From assembly GCF_009834535.1 (NCBI RefSeq), contig NC_045708.1, forward strand, positions 496,001 to 560,000: DNA of 64,000 nucleotides, given 5' to 3'. Within the stretch, counting starts at the first letter, position 1. Every line of letters begins with the position of its first letter. This document shows positions 39,811-50,706 of the stretch, one piece after another. The position numbers and the translations under genes were made by a program. The DNA comes from Camelus ferus (Eukaryota). The notes below the pieces were generated by a model. It saw only the letters and a list, made by a program, of their open reading frames with translations. It did no database searches and was not told where the DNA came from.

Positions 39811-41409
39811 TGCTGTGCCCAGCTTTAGTTGCGGGGGTCTACCCCGCCTCTTCTTTTCAGGTGGGGAGGACAAGGAGCGTGCGGTCCCCAGAGTCAGAAC
39901 CGCATGCAGAGTTGCAGCTTGCTTTGTTTGCTCTAAAACTGACTGTGGTTTCATTTGGAGCTCTTTTCTTTAACCTCTTCTTTCTCTTGCTTCCCATAGT
40001 GACACGTGAGTTTGCTCTTTACGGATCCATTCACGCATCTCCTCTGGAACCTGCTCCGCTAGCGCCATCCGTTTGTCCTGTAACTGCAGCTCTTCTTTCT
40101 CTCTTCTCCAAAAAGCTGCCTGCTTTTGCTGATTCGATCCCGTAATTCCTCCTCATCGGTCCGATGACTCAGAGCCGCAGTCTCTCCCTTTGTCTCCTGG
40201 GCGGAAAGCACCCAGACCCCCCGGCTGCACGCACTCTTCTGCAGGGGCGTCACTGCTTCCCGGTGTGTGTCCTTGGCTGCGGGGCACACTTCATCATCAT
40301 CATCACCCAGAAGCCTGTGAGTCTTTTGATGCCCTTTCTCTTCCCGAGTCACCTGGACCACTTCGTTCCTGTTGAGGAAGCGGAGGTAGGGCCGCTGGTG
40401 ACTCTGCTGCCACTTGCAGCCTCTATGCTCTGTCACCATCTCCACCTTCTCCGAGATAAAGGAAGATGCTCCTCCTTCAGCATCTTCTGTGCCCTTTTTT
40501 GAACAATTGTGAATGTTGCTGTTCTGTTCTTTCTCTCTCCAACTTCTGCTTTGGACATTCCATGTTTTAAAAACCCTTATCGGATCCAAGATGGAAGAGT
40601 CCTGGGTTTTACTGCATCAACACGTGGAGACTCTGGCATCACGGGAGGTTGGATATGTGAGCACTGCGGATCTCCAGATGAGGATGGCCTTTCTGCTCCA
40701 CCCTGGGAGGTGCTGGAGGTCCTGGATGTGCTGGTTGCCAATAAGGAGGATGCAGTACACCTTGGGGTAGGCCAAATGCAGTCCCACTGGCCCCACTGGC
40801 CCCACTGCAGAATTATCCAGTGATCTGTCAAAGCCGTGATTGTGCTGGTTAAACATATGCCTGTTGGCAGGGGCAGGGTGCCCCTTCCTGAGAGTTGCTG
40901 TCTTCGGTAGCAGGAACACCATCTGTTGGGCCTGTGTTTGGCGTGTCCAGAGCTGATGGGGAGCGGGGCTGATGCCTGCCCCATTCTGCTAAAGTCTGAA
41001 TCCCTGTGAACATTCCTGTGGCCGCCTGGACCAGATGCCACTGTAGACATGCCTTGTCCACGTGGCATCTCTCCTAGTGGTTGTTCTGCTGTGCTTTCCC
41101 ATCCTGAAGCTTCTCTCTCGTCATTCCGAGCTTGAGCTAGTGCGGCCCCATCCATCTGGGTCCTGCTGGTGCTGGAACGACCGCACCCAGGGTCACTGGC
41201 CTGACGGCACCCTCCTTGATCGCACATTCTGACTTTTACCATTGATTTGATTTCCTGTCTCAGAGCTGCACCTTCTGCATAAAATGTAGATTGACTCAGA
41301 CTACATCTTGGAAACATAGCAGCAAGATTATTTACGTCCCACCCTGGTTCCAGAACGTCACTGTAACCACCTTCCCTTTAATACTTCTCTAACCCTTTCG
41401 ATGCACCTG

Positions 41410-42125
41410 TTTCTTCATGTACAAAACAAGATCCAGCTGAACTCTGTTCTGACATGCTCTGCCTGGAATAGCGTCAGGTCTCACAGGTTAAGGGCTCAGC
41501 CCTACAAGAAGGCCCCCCCCCCTTTAGATGCCAACTGCAATCCCAGTTGTTACCTGTTTTCTGACCAATTGACTGTATGTTGGTTTGATGAAATGCCTCC
41601 TCAGGTTTGATGAATTTGCTAGAACAGCTCAGAGAACATAGGAAAGCAGTTTATTTAGTAGACCACCAGTTTGTTATAAAAGGATTTAACTCAGGGATGG
41701 CCAGATGGAAGAGGTGCAGAGGGCAGGTGTGTTCCATACAGCCTCTGGGAACCACTCTCTCCCTGAACCTCTGCGTGTTCACCGACCCAGAAAATCTCCC
41801 AACCCTGACCTTTTGAGTTTTCATGGAAGTGTCATTACATGGACGTGATTAGTTAAATTATCGGCCACGGGAGATTCCTCTCCCCTCCGCAGATGTCAGA
41901 GGGCGAGGCTGAGGGTCCTAACCCTCTAATCACTTGGTTGGCTCCCCTGGCATCCTTACAGGCTTTCCAAAAATCACCTTGTTAACATAAATTCAGGGGT
42001 GATGGGAAAAGGCTTATTATGAATATCAAAATGCACCTTTACGACTCTTTTCACTTAGAAAATTCAAGGGTTTTAGGAGCTCTGTGGCAGAAACTGAGGA
42101 CAAAGACCAAGTGTACATTTCTTTC
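41410..42125. mobile_element. MER21-like LTR
   Basis: gcctggaatagcgtcaggtctcacaggttaagggctcagccctacaaga...gatgaatttgctagaacagctcagagaac...cagatggaagaggtgcagagggc matches the recalled MER21 consensus. Confidence 0.8.
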
Positions 42126-42134
42126 CTAGTATGT

Positions 42135-43030
42135 GTATATATATTAATTTATTGAAGTACAGTCAGTTTACAACGTTGTGTCAATTTCTGGTGCACAGTG
42201 CACTGCTTCAGTCATACATGTACATACTTATATTCATTTTCATATTCTTTTTCACCATAAATTACTATAAGATATTGAATATAGGTCCCTGTGCTATACA
42301 GTATGAGCTTGTTTATGTATCTTATATATATTAGTTAATATCCACAAATCTCAAACTCTCGATTTATCCCTTCCCCACCTCCCCTCATAACCATAAGTTT
42401 GCTTTCTGTCTATGAGTCTGTTTCTGTTTTGTAAATAAGTTCGTTTGTCTTTTTTTTTTTTTTAAGATTCCACATATAAGTAATATCATGTGGTATTTTT
42501 GTTTCTTTTTCTGGCTTACTTCACTTAGAATGAGTCTCCAGGTCCACCCATATTGCTGCAAATGGCATTTTNNNNNNNNNNNNNNNNNNNNNNNNNNNNN
42601 NNNNNNNNNNNNNNNNNNNNNNNNNNNNNNNNNNNNNNNNNNNNNNNNNNNNNNNNNNNNNNNNNNNNNNNNNNNNNNNNNNNNNNNNNNNNNNNNNNNN
42701 NNNNNNNNNNNNNNNNNNNNNNNNNNNNNNTTGAATTCAGGTTCCCTCTGGANNNNNNNNNNNNNNNNNNNNNNNNNNNNNNNNNNNNNNNNNNNNNNNN
42801 NNNNNNNNNNNNNNNNNNNNNNNNNNNNNNNNNNNNNNNNNNNNNNNNNNNNNNNNNNNNNNNNNNNNNNNNNNNNNNNNNNNNNNNNNNNNNNNNNNNN
42901 NNNNNNNNNNNNNNNNNNNCTTTTGAATGACGGCCATTCTGACTGCTGTGAGGTGATACCTCATTATAGTTTTGATTTGCATTTTTTCTGATAATTAGCC
43001 ATATTGAGCATTTTTTCATGTGCCATTGGC
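42135..43030 (-). mobile_element. LINE-1 3' fragment with two N gaps
   Basis: MKKCSIWLIIR..., MQIKTIMRYHLTAVRMAVIQK, plus L1 3' UTR. Confidence 0.9.
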
Positions 43031-43069
43031 CTATATTTTTTATTATAAGTAACAATATCACGGAGCTTA

Positions 43070-43640
43070 ACTAATGAGCTAAACGGTTAAAAGGTAAATT
43101 TAAGAATATATGCCAGAAAAAGAGGTAAACTCTACGTGAAAAAGAAAATTTGAGGGTTAGTCCAAGAAGTTCCATCAGAATCTGAGTCATAGGAATTCCA
43201 TCGAGAAAGAACACAGGAAATGGGAGGGGGTGTTCTTCCAAAAGCTCCATAACTAATGACACCAGCCCACAGGATGGAGAGAACCACTGTGTGCAGAGCA
43301 CCATGAGCAAGAGGCCCCCATCAAGGTGTATCCCTGTGACACTGAGGGCACCAAGCATAAAGGAAAGGTCCTAAAAGCTTTCAGAGAGCAAACGGATCAC
43401 ACACAAATGGGCAGGGATCAGAATGACTTTGGACTTTTTAAAAGCAGCCCTGGAAGCTGAAAGCAAAAAACTGACTTCAAAAATTTTGAAGGAAAAGAAT
43501 TTCCAACGTAGAATTCTATACCACACCAAACTTGTCAATTAGAGATGAGAGCAAACACATTTCAGACATGTCCCCTTTCCAGGAAGCTACTAGTGGACTG
43601 ACTTCAGCAAAATAAGAGTAAACCAAAAAGGAAGACAGTA
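43070..43640 (+). mobile_element. old L1M ORF1-region fragment
   Basis: aagaatttccaacgtagaattctataccacaccaaacttgtcaatt...catttcagacatg resembles the L1 ORF1 3' portion. Confidence 0.6.
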
Positions 43641-44329
43641 CAGATTCCAGGAAACAAGGAATCCAACACAGGAAAAAGGCAGAGAAAGTCACAAGGATGA
43701 CAGCGGAGGAAAGCTCAAGGTGGCAGAGCTGTGCAATGGGTTTAGAAAGCCATCGGCCTAGCTTGGAACAGGAGATCGGGGGCTCTGGGAGAGGAGGCTC
43801 CAGGAAGTAAACATCACTAGTGTGTCTGAGCCTTTGGAAAATGTTGATAGGCAAATGGCAAAGAAAATTATCCGTGGAAAAGTCTGGGTATAAGGAAAAT
43901 ACTGGGTAAGTATTGAGAGAAAAAAGAAGAGGTAGTACAGGAATGGGGGTATGCTTTTGTACAGTAACCGCGAACAAGCAAAACAGAGTCACGAAAATGC
44001 TCCCTTGGCGGTGAGTTCTTTGGAGAGCCAAGTTCTCATTGACCTTATCGGGAAGTCCACAGAAATGTCTAAAATGAATCTATCCAAAACTAGCAGTCTA
44101 GGTTTTGAAACTCGGAGGTTTCGGTCGGAGGAAAGTTTTCAAGGGTTGGAAGTATTTGCCTCTGGGAAGACGGGCACGGGGCCGCTGTTTTTCACTAGGT
44201 CTTCAGTTCTTCGTGAATTAAAAGCATGCACTGGCGTTACTTCCATTTTAAAGCAAAAAAAGTCAAGAGCCGGCTGTGACGACACCACGTCTCTGAGCCC
44301 CGGAGGCCCGGCCAATCCAGGACACGCCA

Positions 44330-45480
44330 CCACCCATGGCCCGGCTGGCTGTCTCCATGGCAACTGAACGCGTCCCCGAATCCAACCGCGCCACACAGGG
44401 CGGGGCAAGGGCGACGCACGTCCGGCATAGGCCCCGCCCCTCCGCGGCAGAGGCGTGGCCGCCTGGTCCCAGAGTCCCAGGCACGCGCGTGCGTCCTCTT
44501 CGGCAGCCCGGGAGGCTCGGGACGAGTGTCCCCGCTCCCCCCGGGCCGCGGCTGAGAGGCCCAAGAGACGTCACAGCCCACAGTCCGCATCCCTCTGACA
44601 ACGTGTGCGCACGCTGTCGGACGCCTCTTCTGTCCGTCGTGGCGCAGAGCCGACACAAGCCCTTGCCGGGGAAGCTGGGCCGGAGACCAGCCTTCTCTGT
44701 CGGGGCGGGGCCAGGGACGGGACCCACGCCCTCACGCCCATACGTCACGCCGCCGCGGGGCCTTCTGGGAGTTGTGGTTGGGGCCCGCCCCTTGACCCCG
44801 GACCCAGCGGGCTGCGGACTACAGTTCCCGGCAGGCCCCGCGGCGGCCCCAGAGCCCGGAGCGCTAGGGGCTTCGGGCGGTCTCGGCTGGTGGGCTCGGG
44901 CGCAGCGCGGCGTGCCGCTGCAGGGCTGTCTGGGTGGCAGGCGCTGAGCAGGCGAGGTCCGCGGACCGGCCGCCGTACTTACCGAGGCCTCAGCCAACCG
45001 GCTGACAGACTCGGCGCTCCTCCGGCCCCCAGAGCTGCGGCGCCGAGCAGGCGGGACGCAAACTTCCGGGCAAGTAGAGGGGTCGACTCGGGCACTTGGG
45101 CCGGGGCCGCGGTCTGGCAGCGGCGGGGCCCCGGGGCGGCTTGCGATTGAAAGGAGGACGGAATGACAGGGGCGGGGCCGAGCTGAGCGAGTGAGGAGGG
45201 CTCGGGTTAGCGGTGGGCCCCCGACCCGGCTTGTCCAGCCCTGGCTCTCCCGCCCCCCTGCCCCTCACCCCCGCCCCTGACTCCTCTGCCCCTCCCCGCC
45301 TTCCCCCGCGCGGGCAGATCACTCCAGTCCAGGGCGCAGCGCGGGGCCCTGACGTCAGCAGAGCCGGGTCCGCCAGCCCTCCGATCCCACTCCAGGCGTC
45401 CCCAGACCCCAGGGAGCGCTGCAGGGCAGGAGGCAGGCCTCCCGGGCGGCTCTGGGGGTCGTGCGTGTAGGCCTGGGAAT
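44330..45480. promoter_or_regulatory. MIB2 CpG-island promoter (likely bidirectional)
   Basis: CpG island ~5.5 kb upstream of the MIB2 ATG. Two ZNF143/THAP11-type motifs (44760-44778 minus, 44818-44836 plus), CRE TGACGTCA 45350-45357 and GC boxes. Confidence 0.8.
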
Positions 45481-45538
45481 GGCTAACGTAGACAGCGGGG
45501 CGCTGATAGTGCGTCTTGGTATCTCCGTGCCGCCACAG

Positions 45539-45640
45539 GTCGGATGGCCCAGGGCTTGCGCTGAAGCTCGAGCCTCAGGCATCAGGGTCGCAGCCCACCA
45601 GTCTCAAGGCGAGCGAGGAGGCGACTGGCTAGCCAGACAG
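45539..45640 (+). other. MIB2: putative MIB2 5' exon
   Basis: Acceptor gccacAG|G, donor CAG|GTGAAC. caggcatcagggtcgcagccc...ctcaaggc...gcgactgg...gacag resembles the recalled human MIB2 exon 2. Confidence 0.65.
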
Positions 45641-48600
45641 GTGAACTTTTCACTTGGATTCTGTCTGATGCTATGGCAGAGGGCTTTTGCTTGTTTTTGA
45701 GTGTGTGTGGGGGTGGGTGACGTGGTAAATAATCCTGCCTCTTTCACTCTGAGCTCAGAACCAATTGAGGAAATAAGCAAAGGTGCCAGACAGGCTCCTG
45801 TTGGGCACCAGCTGGACTGGGCATGAGGCCACGTAAGAAGGGCAGCCCTGGCGAACCCTGGCGAACCCGGTCCTTCCTGGTGGGTCCCCTCCTCTCGCCA
45901 TGTCACTCCAGCCTGTTGCTTCAGGTGCAACAAGTATCTGACTGTCATGCTCCGGCAGAGATCGGCCCTGTGCAGTGGTTGGGTCGGGACACCCAGTCTG
46001 CGGGGTGCCTGAGGGCTTCCCTCTGGGTGGCCAAGATTGCAGTGACGACCACCTTTTACTTCCTTTGGGTCTTCTACCACCAGGTGTGTTCATGCGGGGC
46101 CAGACTGGGTCTTGGGGTTTCACCGGCCCCGAATGGGCCAGATTCCCCAGGCACCCAGGATGTCCCCGTCTGCCGTAGCCAGAGCTGCTGTGCCCTGAGA
46201 TGTGCCAGGTTTGCCAGTTGATTGTGCCACACATGGTGTCAATTTAAACAGCGTTTTGAGTTCAGCTGGAGGTACAGGGGAGGGAGTGGCCGCCTCTTGT
46301 CACAAGCAGTGTCAGGCCCATGTAACTTTATTTTCAGTGAAGGCAATTTGCCAACTTCTTAGCTAAACGTGGTTTAATCTTTGCAGCTTTTTGAAGTTTT
46401 TCTGATAAAATATTCACAAATAGGGCAATCACCTTGTTTCTATACTGTTCCGACATGTACTTTAGAAATAGTTCTGCCTTCCAAGAGCTGGATGTTTCTT
46501 GTGAAAAGAGAAACTAGTAAGCCAACAGAATAGCCTAGATGTCCATTTGTTTGGTTGAGACAGTAAATGCTTAAAGTGTAAAATTATCTTGTAAAAACCA
46601 TTTTTTCCCCAGACTCGCTGGCCGGTTACCTGTTTGCTTTGTAGTGTTCTGTGTCGGCAATGGCTGCTGGTTTCCAACAGGAGAGCTTGATGGCTGAGCA
46701 AATTTGTGCCCCACAGAACAACAGCTAAGTGTCTGGGACACTGACGGGAGGTTGCTGTGTGCTCTGAGGTAGGTTCCTATTTTGCTAAAGCAAACATCTA
46801 AATGCTTCCTGCCTGTTGCCTGCTGCCTGCTGCTTGCACCCTGAGTGCCTCAGGGTCATTTTAAATCTTCATAGCATCAGCCTCTGGGGGCTTCCAGGGC
46901 CTGGCCTGGGAGCTCCAAGGAAGGCGTCAGGGTATGGTGTTTCTGACAAAGGAAGAAAAAGGAAGAACTCTCTGGGTGAATTTCCCTCTGAAATGGGGGT
47001 CCCCTTCCTCCCTAGCCCTCAGGGTTTTGCTTCTGCTTCCCTGCTCCTGTCCCTGGTCCGTTCCCCCCTCTTACCACTCCCTCTTCGTACACCCGGTGGG
47101 ACCTTCTGAGGGGCGGTAATGAGCCCTGATGCTGGGAGGGCTGGGCACCTGAGGTCACACGGAGCATGACCCGCCATCTGCTGGGTCCCAGTGACAACAG
47201 TGAGAAAGACCAGGCAGGGAGGTGGGTGAAGGAAGTGGCAGAAAGGCCTGGAAAGCCACCTGGCCTTCTTCACAAGGATCCTCCAGTACTGAGCCCGGGT
47301 GCTGACACCCTGGAGCCAGGTACCACGTCCTTGTGGTGCGTACGCAGGAGGGCACAGCAGGGAGGCGTTGCTGGGGTGACACCATGCTGGGCAAGATGCT
47401 GCCCGAGACCTCCAGGATGGAGTGTGGCAGTGGGGAAGGAGGCCCCAGACTGGGGTGGCGTGAGGGCAAGACAGTCCTCTGTTGTCCTCAAGGGGTGCCG
47501 GTCTGGGCAGGAGGAAGCTCAAGGCTCAGCGTGTCCCACCCAGCTCTGTCCCCTTTGGACTAGTGGGCTCCTGGGGTGGGCAGCCTTAGGGAGGGTGGCA
47601 GGTCACTGGCCAGGGCTGGAGGAGAACTGTCTGGCCAGGCTAAAAATACCAGTGCAAATGCAACAGGTGCTGGTCAGAGGCGCTTCTCGTGACAGGCTGG
47701 GCTTCCCTGATGACCTTACCTTATTCCCCACAGGGAGCCCTTGCTGGCTGAGACTTGGCCCTGATTTCCCATAACCCTGCTGGGCACCATCCTCCCCTCC
47801 TGTCTGTTCTCTGCCCAATCCCCTGAGGGCAGAGCCAGGTAGTGGCCGTGCTTGCTCTCCTGCTTACGGTGCCCCCGCCCCCCGCCCCCACCCCCACCCC
47901 CCACCCCGTGTCTTGTTGGAGATGGTCCCGCAGCACGTGGCCAGTGGATCAGAAGGCCAGCAGGAGGGCAGGTGTGGCAGCTGGCCAGGCAGGCTGAGAA
48001 GCTGGGGCACAGACAGAAGACCTGCCACCCTGGCCGCAGGTTGACTGCAGGGTTGGTTCATGGGACTGGGGTCCTTTCCTGCCCGTTTATGTTGGTGCAG
48101 GGCCAGTTTCTGCGCCCTGCAGATGGGGAGCCCCCTGCTACCAGGGCTCTCTCATTGGGCTTGTCTGCCCACACTTGTTCGGGTTTCTGGTTGCCTGGAC
48201 TAGATCAGCAGGGACACGTGGGAAGGAATGGTGAGGGCAGCTCAGTTCTACCCACGCGCCACAACTGGTTCCAGGTGGGCTCCCACAGGGCAGAGGGCGT
48301 GCGGGTCTGGCTGAGGTCAGCGGCTTGGCGGGGTGGGGGATGGGGCCTGTGCCCTCAGGGTGGTGCTGCCCCTAGGTCACCAGGCCACTGGCTCAGGCCA
48401 CGCTGCTCTGCCTGAGTCAGGCTTTTGTGGCAGCTGCTGATGGAGAGGCTCCAGGCAGGAGGCCGAGGCCATGTGTGGACGGCCCACCACACCTGACTGC
48501 CAGGGTGGCAGCCCTCAGGACCCTCTCTTGTCTGGGGCTTGCTGGCACTGAAGAGCGGCAGGCCTTGTGCGGCCTTCTGCCATGGCCATTCTTGCTGCGG

Positions 48601-50706
48601 CAGGAAGGACAAAGAGGCCCTTGGGGCTGGAGCTGCGGTGTCCTCAGGCCGCGGCGCCCGATCTTCCCAGGGTCCAGAGACCAGGAGGGCAGCTGAGAGG
48701 TGGCAGTGGAGGGAGGCCGTGCAGGCGAACGAGCAGTGAGGAGTGTCTCCGAGGAGACCCGCCATCCAGTTGGGAAAGCTTGTCCTTCGTGAGCATCCGT
48801 GCCTGTCTGGAACCCCTGGAGGTCCTGGGCAGGCGAGGAAGTAGTCGCAGGCACCTGCCCGGGAGGGAAGGGATTTGCACGAGTGGTTCGCAGCGCTGAG
48901 GGTGTGAAGGCTCATGTGGACGCTCAGGCTGGTCCCGGACCAAGAGCTGAGCCCTGTGGGCACTGCCCCACCTCCGCCCATCCTGTGCTGGGCTTGGGCC
49001 TCTTGGTGGGGGTGGGCAGAGGGTGGACGACAGATGACCTGTGGGCTCAGGCTCTTGCCGCTGTTTGGTGGGTGAGTTGGGGGCAAAGCCCCGCTGCTGC
49101 TCACCTGCAGTCTCTGCTGCACCCGTGTATGTGCTGAGCTGGCCTGGCCTGGGCTGAGTGTCGGGGTTGGGGTGGGGCAGGGCCCAGGTGGACGAGTGAC
49201 ATGTGGTTTTCCTCCCTTGTTGCTGGCCAAGCCCTGGGCCTCACAGGGCCACTGGGCATTAACAGGGTCTGGCTGTACCCCGGCCGGTCTCAGGGTCTCC
49301 CTCTCGCCCACAGCTCTGTAGCCAGACTGTGGGTTCACCCCAGCCATGCCCCAGGCAGGTTGCTTCCCTAGCGCCAGGGTCCAGATGCACCTGCAGAGCC
49401 TGCGTCCCTGTGCAGGCTCAGTCTCCGAAGCTGGAGCAGGACTGCTCTCATGCCCCAGAGCCAGGGAGCCTCTTCAGTTTCTGTGGATTTTCCCTCTTAG
49501 CTGTTTCTGATCTATTCACGTTGTTAAAAACCTTCACTGAGGAACCACATGATACAGAGAGGTATGGGTTGTAAGTGATCCAAGTTTGCAAAGGGAACCT
49601 GTGTGTCACCAGTACCCAGATCAGGAAATGGCACGTTTCCCGTCGAAGCCCACCATGGCTGCCTCTGCTGCCGTCCCCCGACTCCGGAGCCCTGGGCTCA
49701 CCTGTGCTGTGTGAGCTTTTCTGTAAATGGAGTAGATAGTTGCTTTCCTTCAACATCCTCTGTGAGCTTCACCACATGTGGGACTGTGGTTTGGATTCCC
49801 TTGGAGGTAAATCACTTGTCACAACCCAGATCACCTCTGAGCAAAGCCGGCGCAGGCACTGCTGTGCACAGTGCACACCTGGAGCCGCTGAGCCACGGTT
49901 CTCCAGGGCGGGCCCAGCAGTGGGGCCCAGAGTGACCGCGCAGCACTGGCCACTGGCCTGCAGCCGTGGGCAGCGTCAGGCCCCACATGTTAGCTGTTGG
50001 CGGCATCTGTTCCAGCCTTTGTCTGCTCTCTGTTGGGCTGTCAGCCTTATGTGTGGGATCTGCGGCGCCCTCTACAAACTCTGGGCACAGGGCCTTTGTG
50101 GGGCATCCTCCCAGGCATTGCTGCCTTTCCAGTCTTAAATTCAGTGCATCCCAGTTTATCAATTGTCTGCAGAAAGAAAGCGCTTTTTCTGGAAAGTTTT
50201 ATTGTCTTACCTTTCGCATTGCTCTCTGCAACCCAAATCCACTCATTTCTATGCAGCTACATATTGGTGGCTTACTGCACGCCAACCACCCAGACCCAGA
50301 TCTGCTAGCACCAGCCCAGCCTCCGCCTAGCCCAACCTTCCCACCAGGGCTTATCCCCTGGTTCCCTGGGGGCCCAGTGTCCTCTCACCAGGATCACCCA
50401 ACACCTCTGTTCCAGTTCACCACAGGGCAGGGGCTCCTAGCCATGGGAGGGGCCTTTCCAAAGAGGTGTCCCATCCTTCCTCCAGGATGGACTGCCTCTG
50501 TCTTTGCAGCTGGTCTCCCTCGCTGCTGGCCGTGGCCATGTGGGCCCCCTCCTGTCTCTAGCACAACGTGCTCTCCTCCCCACCTCCCTCCCCCCTCATC
50601 CTGTCCCATTCGGCTCTCCCTGGCAGCCCTCTTGGAACCGGTGCAAACCTGTGTTGCCTTCTTGATGTGGCCTGAGGGTGCCCTCTGCCTGCAGGTCCTG
50701 GCCGCC

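Noticed and set aside
39960-41330. Intact ERV gag/pol/env between LTR-like elements
   Set aside because: No retroviral protein motifs or primer-binding site recognised. At most this is decayed internal sequence.
49966-50706. Long in-frame ORF upstream of the MIB2 ATG (364-aa track ORF)
   Set aside because: The upstream part is intronic: a clear acceptor ctgcAG lies at 50694 and the extension has no recognisable features.
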